DNA from: an uncultured delta proteobacterium
GTDB taxonomy: Bacteria > Desulfobacterota > Binatia > UBA9968
Assembly (NCBI GenBank): GCA_963804165.1
Contig: CAWDPO010000038.1
Location: 1-64,000 of the forward strand
Reading direction: 5' to 3'
Length of the DNA stretch: 64,000 nucleotides
The notes below the pieces were generated by a model that searched no databases, was not told the origin of the DNA, and worked only from the letters and a program-made list of their open reading frames with translations. A program made the translations under genes and the position numbers. Position 1 is the stretch's first letter. Every line of letters starts with the position of its first letter. Positions 10,028 to 19,882 of the stretch are shown piece after piece.

Positions 10028-10696
10028 TTAAGAACTAGAGGTCCTGTAGAGCGTATCCCAGTACATGAGCTCGTAGGCCTGGAGTAACCGGGCCGCGCGT
10101 TGGATCAGCCGCGGCTCGGTGCCGCGATCGAGCCCTTGCTGAATAACGCTCAGGGCGTTGGCTTCAAACGTAGCTGGAGGGGAGGCAAAGAGATCGAAAA
10201 AAGCGACCTCCTTCTCGGCCAGACCGAAACGCTCTTTCAAGATACGGCTTAGCCGGCCACAGTTTTGACCCCACGCGGGAAAATTGATCAGGTAGGCAGC
10301 GGCAATCTCGGTGTCAGAGGCATAAAGCGCAAGCGACGCCATGTAGCAGGTGTAGGCGTGAGCGCCGGGCAGTGGCTCGTGCTCGCGCAGTTGAGTTTCG
10401 CTTAGGCCGAGGGCATGGGCGAGCGTTAGCAGGGCATCCCAGGCAGCTCTTTCACCCTGTAGGATGCCAAGAAAAAAATCACGGCTCGGCGCGCTACCGA
10501 AACGGCTAACCAGATACGCGACGCTTTTGAGATCACTGGCTATAGTGTTGTACTGCTCGCCGACGAAAAGACGGAGATTCTCCCGCCCGATCTTCCCTTC
10601 CTCCAGTGCCTGCACGTACGGATGGCGAAGAAGCTGTTCGGTGACGATCTGCAAATCTTGCCGGATCTCCTCTGACAGAGCCTTGGCATCGACCAT
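10028..10696 (-). CDS. TenA/thiaminase II-like (heme-oxygenase fold) protein; array cargo
   Basis: [26 protein letters not shown]-terminal YELMYW. RBS overlaps the upstream SBP stop. Confidence 0.8.
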   Translation of the reverse strand: MVDAKALSEEIRQDLQIVTEQLLRHPYVQALEEGKIGRENLRLFVGEQYNTIASDLKSVAYLVSRFGSAPSRDFFLGILQGERAAWDALLTLAHALGLSETQLREHEPLPGAHAYTCYMASLALYASDTEIAAAYLINFPAWGQNCGRLSRILKERFGLAEKEVAFFDLFASPPATFEANALSVIQQGLDRGTEPRLIQRAARLLQAYELMYWDTLYRTSSS

Positions 10697-10706
10697 GGCA
10701 CCCTCC

Positions 10707-11681
10707 TTACTTGATCACTTTATCCGCTCTCGCCAGCACGTTCGGCGAAATCGTCACGCCGATTTGCTGAGCCGTTTTAAGGTTGATAACTAACTCAAAT
10801 CTTATAGGAAGCTCGACTGGGAGATCAGCGGGCTTTGTGCCCTTTAGGATCTTGTCCACGTACACCGCAATTCGCCTGTATGATTCATCTCGGTTCGGCC
10901 CATAGGCCATGAGGCCACCGGCTTCCACAAACTCTTTCCAGCCGAGCATGCTCGGAAGTCGGCGCTTGGTGGCGAAGTCGATGATCCCCAGTCGATTAGC
11001 CAACGTTACGCCTTCGGGGAAAACTAGGAGACCATTGACGCTTTGCTTGCTTATGGCATCGTAGGCGGCGTCGAATTCGGCGCGCGTTCTTGTTTGATAG
11101 TAGTCGAGGGTCATTCCCATGGCTCGCGCGCTGCTTTGCGTTTCCCTCAATTCCCGTTGTTCACCTGGATGCTGGGGATTTGATAGAATGGCCACACGGG
11201 AGACCCGAGGCACGGCCTCTTTGAGAAGCTCCAGCCGTTTGCCGACAAGTTCAAATGACAGCCAGCTCATGCCCGTCATGTTTCCTCCCGGCCGCGCGAT
11301 GCTGTCGACAAAGCCGCTCTCAACCGGCTCGCCGCTCGTAGCGAAAACAATCGGAATCGTCTTGGTTGCGTCTTTAGCAGATCGAGCTGCTGGCCCGCCA
11401 CTCGCTACGATCACTTCAACCTTCTCTCGGACTAGCTCATTGGCGAGCTCAAGCAGCCGTGGTCTACCCTCGGCGGACCGGTACTCAATGACAATGTCAT
11501 GCCCCTCCGCATAGCCAAGCTCACGCAGACTTCGCCGGATTACCTCATGGGCCCCCGTGGGGCCGCCTGACGCGCCGAGAAACCCTATCTTTCGAACTGT
11601 CGGTGACTTTTGGGCTTCGGCCGGATGAAATGAAAACAGCACCAACGTTGCGAAGAGAGAAACGATGGGCATCATTTTCAT
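10707..11681 (-). CDS. ABC_sub_bind-family SBP, array copy
   Basis: [31 protein letters not shown]. Confidence 0.92.
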   Translation of the reverse strand: MKMMPIVSLFATLVLFSFHPAEAQKSPTVRKIGFLGASGGPTGAHEVIRRSLRELGYAEGHDIVIEYRSAEGRPRLLELANELVREKVEVIVASGGPAARSAKDATKTIPIVFATSGEPVESGFVDSIARPGGNMTGMSWLSFELVGKRLELLKEAVPRVSRVAILSNPQHPGEQRELRETQSSARAMGMTLDYYQTRTRAEFDAAYDAISKQSVNGLLVFPEGVTLANRLGIIDFATKRRLPSMLGWKEFVEAGGLMAYGPNRDESYRRIAVYVDKILKGTKPADLPVELPIRFELVINLKTAQQIGVTISPNVLARADKVIK

Positions 11682-11727
11682 GGCTTCCTCTCCCTAAATC
11701 TGAAATCGAAAATCGGAAATCCAAAAT

Positions 11728-12714
11728 TCACTTTATGACTTTATCCGCCCGCATCAGCACGTTGGGCGGGACTGTCAGACCGATCTGCTTGGCAGTTTTG
11801 AGATTAACGATGAAATCGAATTTTTTCGGCTGCTCGACGGGAAGATCGGCGGGCTTGGCGCCTTTCAGGATTTTGTCGACATAAGTGGCGGCGCGATGAA
11901 ACAAGGCGGGGAGGGATACGCCATAGGACATGAGTCCCCCCGCCTCTGCGGATTCGCTGTCATTGTACATCGTGGGCAGCCGCTTCTTCTCCGCGAATTC
12001 AATGATGCGCTTCCGGTACACACTCGCCAGCCCAGCCGGTACAAAAACAGCCCCAGCGCGGCTCTTGATCGCTAACTCCAGGGCATTATCGACGTCGGTG
12101 GAATTTCGAACCTCGAGCGATTGAATCTGCAGGCGTAATGTTTGGCCGACAGCTTCCAAGTTTTTCAATCGACTGGCCATGCCCGCATTATCCGGATCCC
12201 AAAGGAATGCGACGCGCGTGAGCTTGGGCAGCGCTTCCTGGAGAATTTCCAACGCCTTTCCGTCTGAGTCGGGTCCAAGCATAGACAGACCTGTGACCGT
12301 ACCACCGGGCCGTGCCAGGCTAGCGACCAATCCTGTGCCAACGGGATCGGCGCTGGCGGCCATGACAATCGGGATCGTTCTGGTTGCTCGGAGCACTGCT
12401 TCAGCCACCGGCGTGGTCGATGTCACGATGATGTCCACTTTCAACCGTACTAAATCAGCGGCGAGATCTGGGAGACGATCGCTCTTGCCGTCGGCGAAGC
12501 GCCATTCAATCGCAATGTTTTGTCCCTCGGTATAACCGAGGTCACGTAGTCCATTTTGAAATGCCTCAATGCGGACCGCGTAGGTGGCCCGGGAGCCGGG
12601 CATCAAAAAGCCAATCCGCGGAGCCTTTTTCGGCTGCTGCGCGCGAACGGCAAAACCAGTAAGCAGAAGGACAGTAGGTAGTAGGCAGATAGAGACAAAA
12701 AACTTTCTGGTCAT
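11728..12714 (-). CDS. ABC_sub_bind-family SBP, array copy
   Basis: DPVGTGLVASLARPGGTVTG, PPNVLMRADKVIK. Confidence 0.92.
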   Translation of the reverse strand: MTRKFFVSICLLPTVLLLTGFAVRAQQPKKAPRIGFLMPGSRATYAVRIEAFQNGLRDLGYTEGQNIAIEWRFADGKSDRLPDLAADLVRLKVDIIVTSTTPVAEAVLRATRTIPIVMAASADPVGTGLVASLARPGGTVTGLSMLGPDSDGKALEILQEALPKLTRVAFLWDPDNAGMASRLKNLEAVGQTLRLQIQSLEVRNSTDVDNALELAIKSRAGAVFVPAGLASVYRKRIIEFAEKKRLPTMYNDSESAEAGGLMSYGVSLPALFHRAATYVDKILKGAKPADLPVEQPKKFDFIVNLKTAKQIGLTVPPNVLMRADKVIK

Positions 12715-12747
12715 CGTCTTCCCCCTTTCTCTTGCTGCTACTTCCCT

Positions 12748-12860
12748 TCACTAATGATTTTATCCGCTCGCCAGAAACATTCGGCGGCGGGGGATCCTCA
12801 TCGCGAGCGCTTAGAGGCATTCAGAGTGATTGAAAAGTCGAAGTTCGTAGGCTCTGTTGT
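12748..12860 (-). pseudogene. Highly decayed orphan SBP 3' tail after hydrolase cargo
   Basis: Minus strand reads EPTNFDFSITLNASK (compare [16 protein letters not shown]), then CCGCCGAATGTTTCTGGCGAGCGGATAAAATCATTAGTGA. Confidence 0.7.
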
Positions 12861-12905
12861 TTCAAGATCGTCTGCGGAATTACTTGGCGGTCGAGCGGCT
12901 ATGAA

Positions 12906-13949
12906 TCAGAGATTTGGCTCGTCGAGAAACAATTGAACTTCGCGAAAAAGCTGCATGCGATTCCTTTCCATGAACAGCAGATGAGTGCCCTCACCGATCT
13001 GAACCAGACGCTTGTGACTGGTGTTGCTGAGCTTGCCGAAAACGGTTTGCGCTGTTGCAACGTTGGCGTCCCATTCTCCGAGGACAATTAGCGTGGGAGC
13101 CTTGCTTTCGGACGGTTCCCATAAAGGCTTTCCGGCAAACCAGTAATCCGCTGTGTCCTGAACAGTGCCGGTGGGAGTGCGCACGACCGGCGGCGTCTGC
13201 TTGGCGCCGATCGGATCGGTGGCAAGCACGGCCGCAGACCACGCTTCGTACCATGTTGCCGGCATCAAATCCTTTTTCTTGGCTTCCGGAGCGCCGGCTT
13301 GGAGCCGAGTTTTCGCTTGCTCCATCGTCCATGCTTGATAAGCTCCCAGCTTGGCCGGGCTGCTGGTCGTTGGCGCTTTACGTACCCAAGGGGGCGCGTA
13401 GAGGACTAGGCGATTCACCTTGTCGCTATTTTGCGCGGCGTACCGGCCAATAATTGCGGTACCCCAAGACCAGCCCATTAAGTTGAGTTTCGTCACTCCG
13501 CGCCGCGTCATTATATGATCGACCGCAGCCGCTACATCCCTTGCGGCGACATCGGTCCTGACGATCGGTGGGTTTTCCGCGGCCGGCTTAGCCATTTCCG
13601 GGGGCCGCGTGGAACGGCCATACCCTCGTAGATCGACAAGATAAACGTCGTAGCCATGGCGCGCGATGTGATCCATCCACGAGAGACCGTCCAACGGTAA
13701 ATCGAAGGTAGTGCTTGCCGCCTGAGTCGTGCCGTGCACATAAAGTAGCGTTTTGTCGCCGCTGAATTGGGTCATGCTCTCAGGGCGTTTGTTTCTCACG
13801 TACAATTGAATTCCCGGATCGCGCGATTGGATCATATAACTTTCTGTAACGAGCTTGAATTCCTCTGGAGGGGAAATTCCGGCGCAACCCACTGTAGTTA
13901 TGAAACACAAGATAGCCAGCAGACTTGTATGAAGGTGAATCATTTTCAT
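12906..13949 (-). CDS. Alpha/beta hydrolase, probably an exported lipoprotein; array cargo
   Basis: LLYVHG, DLRGYGRS, GWSWG nucleophile elbow, GEGTH, and N-terminal hydrophobic stretch ending TVGC. Confidence 0.88.
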   Translation of the reverse strand: MKMIHLHTSLLAILCFITTVGCAGISPPEEFKLVTESYMIQSRDPGIQLYVRNKRPESMTQFSGDKTLLYVHGTTQAASTTFDLPLDGLSWMDHIARHGYDVYLVDLRGYGRSTRPPEMAKPAAENPPIVRTDVAARDVAAAVDHIMTRRGVTKLNLMGWSWGTAIIGRYAAQNSDKVNRLVLYAPPWVRKAPTTSSPAKLGAYQAWTMEQAKTRLQAGAPEAKKKDLMPATWYEAWSAAVLATDPIGAKQTPPVVRTPTGTVQDTADYWFAGKPLWEPSESKAPTLIVLGEWDANVATAQTVFGKLSNTSHKRLVQIGEGTHLLFMERNRMQLFREVQLFLDEPNL

Positions 13950-14006
13950 TTCTCCTTTTACCTACGGCTCATTGCTTTTCTCATCTCACACTCACATTCC
14001 TCACGG

Positions 14007-14990
14007 TTATCTGATGACCCGATCTGCTCTAGCCAAAACATTCGGCGGGATCGTCACTCCGATTTGCTTGGCGGTCTTGAGATTGATCACCAACTCGAAC
14101 TTAGTCGGCTGCTCGACGGGCAAATCAGCCGGTTTCGCGCCTTTGAGGATCTTGTCAACGTAAATTGCGGCACGCCGGGCCAAATCCATTCCGTTCGGGC
14201 CGTACACAATGAGAGCGCCGGCTTCCGCAAATCTGGCGGTAGAGTAAATCGCCGGAAGCTTGATCTTGGCTATTAGGTCGACAGTACTCGGAGGGATAAC
14301 GGAGCAGTCGGCAACGAATATCGCTTCGGCGCGCTCGCGCGTCGCTACTCGGAGGGCGCTCTCGACCTTTTCTGGACCGCCCACCTCGACGGTCTGCAGA
14401 CGTATCTTCAGAGCTCGTGCCGCAGCTTCCATTTCGGACGCCCGCTTGTCTGAAACGGTTCCACCAGATGACGGGCAGGAGAGGACAGCCACGCGCGAAA
14501 TTTTCGGAAAAGCTTCTTTGAGAAGCTCGAGCTGCTTGCCCGCAATATCGGGGCTGATGTTGGTCAAACCTGTGACGTTCCCACCGGGTCGGGCGAGACT
14601 GGCGACAATTCCCTGACTTACCGCATCGGCGGAAGTCATCATCACGACCGGGATAGTAAGGGTGACCTTCTTTACGGCCAATGCGGCCGATCCAGAACTG
14701 GTAACGATAACGTCTACCTTGAGACGAACTAATTCGTCTGCAACGCTAGGCAGTCGATCGGCGCGATTCTCCCAGTACTTTCGCTCGACCGTAAGATTCT
14801 GGCCCTCGATCCACCCCTGATCACGAAGTCCCTTAAAAAGGGCTTGTTCTCGTGGTGTGGCCGGAGTCGTTCGTTCATTTCCAAGATATCCAATGCGAGC
14901 GATCTTTCCTGTCGGCTGCTGGGCCAAAGCGAGAGAGGTACACAACAAGAGGATGGTGTACAGACTGGAATGCGCGAACCTTCTGTTCAT
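14007..14990 (-). CDS. ABC_sub_bind-family SBP, array copy
   Basis: [48 protein letters not shown]. Confidence 0.92.
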   Translation of the reverse strand: MNRRFAHSSLYTILLLCTSLALAQQPTGKIARIGYLGNERTTPATPREQALFKGLRDQGWIEGQNLTVERKYWENRADRLPSVADELVRLKVDVIVTSSGSAALAVKKVTLTIPVVMMTSADAVSQGIVASLARPGGNVTGLTNISPDIAGKQLELLKEAFPKISRVAVLSCPSSGGTVSDKRASEMEAAARALKIRLQTVEVGGPEKVESALRVATRERAEAIFVADCSVIPPSTVDLIAKIKLPAIYSTARFAEAGALIVYGPNGMDLARRAAIYVDKILKGAKPADLPVEQPTKFELVINLKTAKQIGVTIPPNVLARADRVIR

Positions 14991-15044
14991 GGATGTCTTT
15001 TTCCCTGCTCGCTATGTTCCGACTTGCCCAAGTCAGCGATGGAC

Positions 15045-16316
15045 TTACTTGCTTATGCCGACCTTGCGGATAGACACGTCAGGCTGTGCTGCCAGATTGG
15101 TGGTCGGTTTTAAAAAGTTTTGTACCGTGTATTCGCCGATCTTGCGGCCCATCGCCGCGCCGGCTTCGCCGGATGTGCGGTAGTGTACGCCGTCGTATAC
15201 GCGGGCGTTGACGACTTCGGCAATGTAGTCGGAGAGTTTGTTAAAGCTCCGCGTCACTCCCTGCGCCGTGGTGCTGGTCAATTTAAAAGTGGCGGCGTCG
15301 CTGCCAAAGAATGTGCGCAGAACACTGGCAGCGGTAGACTGAAAGGTGCAGTGAGCGCATGGGTACTCCGGATGCATTGGCGTTCTAATAAACGGTTCCC
15401 AACTTGGATCGCGATCGGTGGCGTTATTGCCGTCCAGATCACCATTGCGGATCGCCGTGACCGGGCGCCAGAAATTGTATTTGTACTTGGCGTCGAAGAT
15501 CGCGACGCCCGCGTCTGACGCGGCCATCGAAAAAAGCGCGAAGAGGCGGGCATTGTCCAACAGATCAAGCCCTATTGCCGCTGAGAGCTGGCGCGCGATA
15601 GGGTTATACGTAGCCGGTCCCACCAACTCCCAAAAGCGCGCGATCTCGGTCTGCTCCCCGGTACGCGCCGAGCCGGTCTTCGCGCCCATCTTCTTAACTT
15701 CGGCGTAATCCTTTGCCCATTGCATGCTGGTGAGCGTATAGGGGGCTGTCGGGCGGAACTGGTTTCCGCTCCTAAGTCCGAACGGTCGAACCATTCCCCA
15801 ACTCGACATCACGGGAAACTCAGTGGGGACGTACTTGCCGGCGGTAGTGAATGGGCGATAGGTATTGGGCGCGTCGGCGCCGTCCGCGCGACGTTCGTCG
15901 AGTATCGCGTGGGCGGCTCGGTCGCCGAGTCGCAATCCTTCCGCCTTGGGCGAACCGTCGGCTACGGCAGCGAGCGATGTCTCTAACGCTTTATCGAAGT
16001 CCTTTGCTTGTTCGGGGTAGGCCAGCACTAGGACGTGGTGTGCCGCGACTGCGGCTGCAGCCTCACGTGACACGTCGGGCTCCACCGAAAATCGCGTCCG
16101 ATAAGGCGTGTAGCGCGGCTCGATGGAATTAACCGCTTCGAACATGGCGATATGAACCATGGCGATGTTGCGTGAACTCATGCCGGGCGTGACCCGCGCC
16201 GCGTAGCCCGCACTCACCGCCTTTTCATTCCAGTCAGTTATGACATCTGCTCTCGCCAAGCTGATCGATCCAAGCAGCAATGACGCCACCAAAATGATCC
16301 ATGCTAAGTACTTCAT
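15045..16316 (-). CDS. Vanadium-dependent haloperoxidase-like PAP2-superfamily protein, secreted; array cargo
   Basis: Signal peptide-ARA-DVITDWN. PAP2 motifs KYKYNFWRP, HPEYPCAH and ARVYDGVHY. Confidence 0.85.
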   Translation of the reverse strand: MKYLAWIILVASLLLGSISLARADVITDWNEKAVSAGYAARVTPGMSSRNIAMVHIAMFEAVNSIEPRYTPYRTRFSVEPDVSREAAAAVAAHHVLVLAYPEQAKDFDKALETSLAAVADGSPKAEGLRLGDRAAHAILDERRADGADAPNTYRPFTTAGKYVPTEFPVMSSWGMVRPFGLRSGNQFRPTAPYTLTSMQWAKDYAEVKKMGAKTGSARTGEQTEIARFWELVGPATYNPIARQLSAAIGLDLLDNARLFALFSMAASDAGVAIFDAKYKYNFWRPVTAIRNGDLDGNNATDRDPSWEPFIRTPMHPEYPCAHCTFQSTAASVLRTFFGSDAATFKLTSTTAQGVTRSFNKLSDYIAEVVNARVYDGVHYRTSGEAGAAMGRKIGEYTVQNFLKPTTNLAAQPDVSIRKVGISK

Positions 16317-16372
16317 GGCTTCCTCCTTGCGAAAGGTTAGAGGTCAGTATTTGCTCCAGGAGCGATGGGTGC

Positions 16373-16387
16373 GCAACGATTGTGCCA
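16373..16387 (-). promoter_or_regulatory. Sigma54 (-24/-12) promoter of the haloperoxidase-like gene
   Basis: Minus strand TGGCAC-AATCG-TTGC with exact GG-N10-GC spacing, 57 nt upstream of the ATG. RBS AAGGAGG at 16322-16328. Confidence 0.75.
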
Positions 16388-16638
16388 ACGATTCAAACCC
16401 CGTCTCAGGAAAAGACATAAGGTTCATAAGGCATTTATTCTTACGGTGATTCAGATCGCGCGAGCAAAGAGCAACTGCGGTTCACACAAACCTTCTCTTG
16501 GTTTACAGGGCATCCCACACAAGCGAAGAAGGGGACTACTGGTGGAGCGATACGTCATAAAAACCTTTCAGAGTCGTTCTGCGGTTGCTCGACAGCAATC
16601 AACTGACTATTTACTGCTCTCCTCGAATCTCCTCACGC

Positions 16639-16680
16639 CTAACGAATCACTCTGTCCGCCCTTGCCAGCACATTCGGCGG
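16639..16680 (-). other. Minimal orphan SBP tail (42 bp, [13 protein letters not shown]) forming an 'empty' array unit
   Basis: CCGCCGAATGTGCTGGCAAGGGCGGACAGAGTGATTCGTTAG, preceded only by a heptamer leader arm (16690-16714). Confidence 0.85.
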
Positions 16681-16718
16681 ACTCTTCACATTTTAGATTT
16701 TGGATTTTTGATTGTCGG

Positions 16719-17750
16719 TCACCGGATTACTTTGTCTGCTCTGGCTAAAACGTTCGGCGGGATCGTGAGTCCGATCTGCTTCGCTGCTTTCAGATTGATC
16801 ACGAACTCGAACTTCATCGGCTGCTCGACGGGGAGATCGGCGGGCTTGGCGCCTTTGAGAATTTTGTCGACGTAAACGGCCGCGCGGCGATAGTTCTCAA
16901 GTTGATCTGCTGCATAGGACATCAGGCCGCCAGCGTTCACCCATGGGCTGAAGGGATAGATGGTAGGTAACCGTTTCTTCACAGTAAGCGTAACGATCCG
17001 TTGCCGGTTCGCATCGAAAAGCCCGGTCGGATCTGGTGTTAGTGTGAGAGCACCGACACGCGCATTGGCTGCTGTTTCGAATGCCCTTTCCAAATCGTCG
17101 GCAACCCGCACCTCCATGATGTGAAGCTGGATCTGCAGAGAAGGGGCCGCTGCCTGTATCTCCTTCAAGACCCGCGCGGAGCGTGGACTCGGGAGTACGG
17201 CTACGCGAGCGAGCTTGGGAAAGATCTCTTTGAGCAGCTCCAATCGTTTCACACCCAAATCCGTCGCAGCGTTGGTTAATCCGGTCACGTTCCCGCCCGG
17301 CCGCGCTAGACTGGCGACAAGGCCATTACTGACCGGATCGGCTCCATCGGCCATGACGATAGGGATTGTCTTCGTCGTGTTCGAGGCAGCACGCGCTACG
17401 CTATTATTTTGCACGACAATGATATCGACCTTGAGTCGAACCAACTCGGCTGCTAACTCCGGAAGGCGATCCGGATTGCCGTCCGCGTATCTATGCTCGA
17501 TTATGATGTTCTGCTCCTCGATGTAGCCCAGTTCGCGCAGCCCTCGGCGGAACGAATCGGTACGGTTCGATTGAGCGTCAGCGGTAGACGCCACAAGAAA
17601 TCCGATCCGCGGGACCTTTGTTGACTGCTGCGCCTGGGCGGATATGCAAAGCGTCGAGAGCAGAGCGCCAAGCGCGAGACCAAAGAATTTTCTTCTCATG
17701 GATGTACTCGAGTGTTCTTGCCGCTCCCTGCTCCTTGCCCTTTGCTCCAT
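16719..17750 (-). CDS. ABC_sub_bind-family SBP, array copy
   Basis: Family motifs. Leader MEQRARSRERQEH is read from TGCTCY repeats. Confidence 0.92.
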   Translation of the reverse strand: MEQRARSRERQEHSSTSMRRKFFGLALGALLSTLCISAQAQQSTKVPRIGFLVASTADAQSNRTDSFRRGLRELGYIEEQNIIIEHRYADGNPDRLPELAAELVRLKVDIIVVQNNSVARAASNTTKTIPIVMADGADPVSNGLVASLARPGGNVTGLTNAATDLGVKRLELLKEIFPKLARVAVLPSPRSARVLKEIQAAAPSLQIQLHIMEVRVADDLERAFETAANARVGALTLTPDPTGLFDANRQRIVTLTVKKRLPTIYPFSPWVNAGGLMSYAADQLENYRRAAVYVDKILKGAKPADLPVEQPMKFEFVINLKAAKQIGLTIPPNVLARADKVIR

Positions 17751-17760
17751 GCTCCCTGCT
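17718..17760. repeat. TGCTCY-type heptamer leader (also at 26066-26100 and 27113-27140)
   Basis: ttgccgctccctgctccttgccctttgctccatgctccctgct. Confidence 0.7.
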
Positions 17761-18748
17761 ATTTGATCACTTTATTCGCCCGCTCAAGCACACGGACCGG
17801 AATTGTCAGTCCGATTTGTTTTGCCGCCTTAAGGTTAATGACGAATTCAAACTTCGCTGCCTGCTGCACCGGCAAATCAGCCGGTTTGGCGCCTTTCAAG
17901 ATCTTGTCCACGTAAACAGCCGCACGCCGATAGAGGTCAGTTGAGTCGATCCCGTAGTAGATGAGTCCGCCCTCATCGACATACTCCTTTTGCGGGTAAA
18001 TAGCCGGCAAGCGGTATTTGCCGGCCAGGTCAACGATCCGTTTTCTTTCGGCGAAATAGATGGGGTCGGCGACTATAATTGCATTGACCTGTTTCTGCTT
18101 TGCGGTTTGAAAGAAGCTCATTAAACTTTTGGGGGCGAGTTGAGTCTCGATCTCCTCCAATCTTAACTTCAGTGCCACACTCGCAGCCCTGAGTTCTTTC
18201 ATTTGGAGGCCTATTGCTATTGATGTGTCGGATAACTGCGGCCGCGGAAGTCCAACTCGAGCGAGCTTGGGAACCGCGTCCTTGAGTACCTCCAGCCTTT
18301 TGGTATTTAGCTCGACTACTAAACTCGAAACGCCCGTGACATTGCCTCCCGGCCGCGACAGACTAGCAACCAAACCTGCGCCCACGGGGTCCGAAGAGCT
18401 CGTCATCAGGATGGGGATCGTACTAGTTGCTCTCTTCGCCGCTAACGTAGCTCCTGTCCCTGTGACCAGAATTAGATCGACTTTGAGACGAACCAGGTCC
18501 GCGGCAAGCTCGTGTAGACGGTCAGGTTTCCTCTCCGTTGACCGATACTCGATGGTAATATTCTTTCCCTCGATCCAGCCGAGGTTGCGTACCTCCTGCC
18601 AGAACGGCTGTAGGCGAACCGCGATACCGGAAGCAGTGGTATTATCCAGGACACCTATGTGGAAGATTTTCCCTGTCTGCTGCGCCACTGAAGCAGCAGG
18701 CAGAAAAACGGCAGACAGTAGGAAGATAAAAACAAAGATCACTTTCAT
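17759..18748 (-). CDS. ABC_sub_bind-family SBP, array copy
   Basis: True start is MKVIFVFIFLL at 18748, with RBS AAGGAGG. Tail PVRVLERANKVIK. Confidence 0.9.
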   Translation of the reverse strand: MKVIFVFIFLLSAVFLPAASVAQQTGKIFHIGVLDNTTASGIAVRLQPFWQEVRNLGWIEGKNITIEYRSTERKPDRLHELAADLVRLKVDLILVTGTGATLAAKRATSTIPILMTSSSDPVGAGLVASLSRPGGNVTGVSSLVVELNTKRLEVLKDAVPKLARVGLPRPQLSDTSIAIGLQMKELRAASVALKLRLEEIETQLAPKSLMSFFQTAKQKQVNAIIVADPIYFAERKRIVDLAGKYRLPAIYPQKEYVDEGGLIYYGIDSTDLYRRAAVYVDKILKGAKPADLPVQQAAKFEFVINLKAAKQIGLTIPVRVLERANKVIK

Positions 18749-18786
18749 CCTCCTTATCTCCAATTCTCTTATGCTACTGTCCGCTA

Positions 18787-19803
18787 TCACCGTATGACCC
18801 GATCCGCTCTCACCAGCACATTCGGCGGAATCGTCAGTCCGATCTGCTTCGCTGTCTTCGAGATTGATGATGAATTCAAACTTCGTCGCCTGCTCGACCG
18901 GAATGTCGGCTGGTTTGGCGCCTTTCAGGATCTTGTCCACGTAAACGGCGGCGCGGCGGAATAGATCAGTCGGGTTCGTCTCCGTAGGACATGAGACCGC
19001 CCTCAGCCGACATAATCCTTCGAAAGTAGATAGCCGGCAGCCGGTATTGGCTGGCGAGCTCGACGATCCGTTTTCGTTCGAGGCAGAGCGGCACCGGGGC
19101 TCGTCATGAGCGCGCCGACCTGCTGTCTGCTTTGCCGCTTTAAATGCGCTCTCGAAATCTGGGTTGGCACAGTGTTACCAGCAAAGGTTCGAGCTTCAAA
19201 TCCTAGAATCAGTGCCGCCAGTCCGCGTGTCTTTGCTCATTTAGCTGGAGATTCGATGCCTCCACCGGTCGATGCGTCAGGATGCCGACTCGGGCTGATC
19301 TTCGGCACAGCCTCCTTGAGTAGTCTAAGCGTTGCCTAGCAGTTCCGGTGATTAGGCTGGTAAACTCCCGTGACATTGCCGCCCGGCCGCGGCGAGACTG
19401 GCAACCAGCCCGGACGCGACGGGGTCGCACGGAGTTCGTCATCACGATGGGAATTGTACTGGTTGCTTTCTTGGCGGCTAACGGGCGGTACCGCGTCGGA
19501 GGTCACGATCAGATCAACCTTGAGACGAACCAATTCCGCTGCAAGCTCGGGCAGACGCTCGGACTTTCCCTCGGCAAACCGATACTCGATGGTGATGTTT
19601 TTTCCTTCAACCCAGCCAAGCTCGCGCAGCTCTTGCCGGAACGCATCCAAGACGAGGAGTTTCTGTGCAACATTGCTGGTCGAGAGAAACCCGAGCCGGG
19701 GACTTTCCTGCATTGCTGCGCCTGGACGGAATGCAGAGCGCAAAGAGCGTGGCGCATAAGCGCAAGGTGATCGAGGATTTTCTTCATCAGTTTTCTCCGG
19801 CAT
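18787..19803 (-). pseudogene. ABC_sub_bind-family SBP, array copy with many frameshifts
   Basis: Fragments DAFRQELRELGWVEGKNITIEYRFAEGK, RPGGNVTG and [22 protein letters not shown] lie in shifting frames. Stop at 18787-18789. Confidence 0.8.
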
Positions 19804-19882
19804 CTTTTCTGCGCTGTATTACCTCTTCAGCCTGAGGCGATCCGACCTCTGCGGACTCCAACGCTATGTACTTTGCCCGCTG

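Noticed and set aside
17759-18940. 393-aa ORF as a fused or extended SBP
   Set aside because: Its first 64 aa are the frameshifted tail of the upstream broken copy. The real start with an RBS is at 18748.
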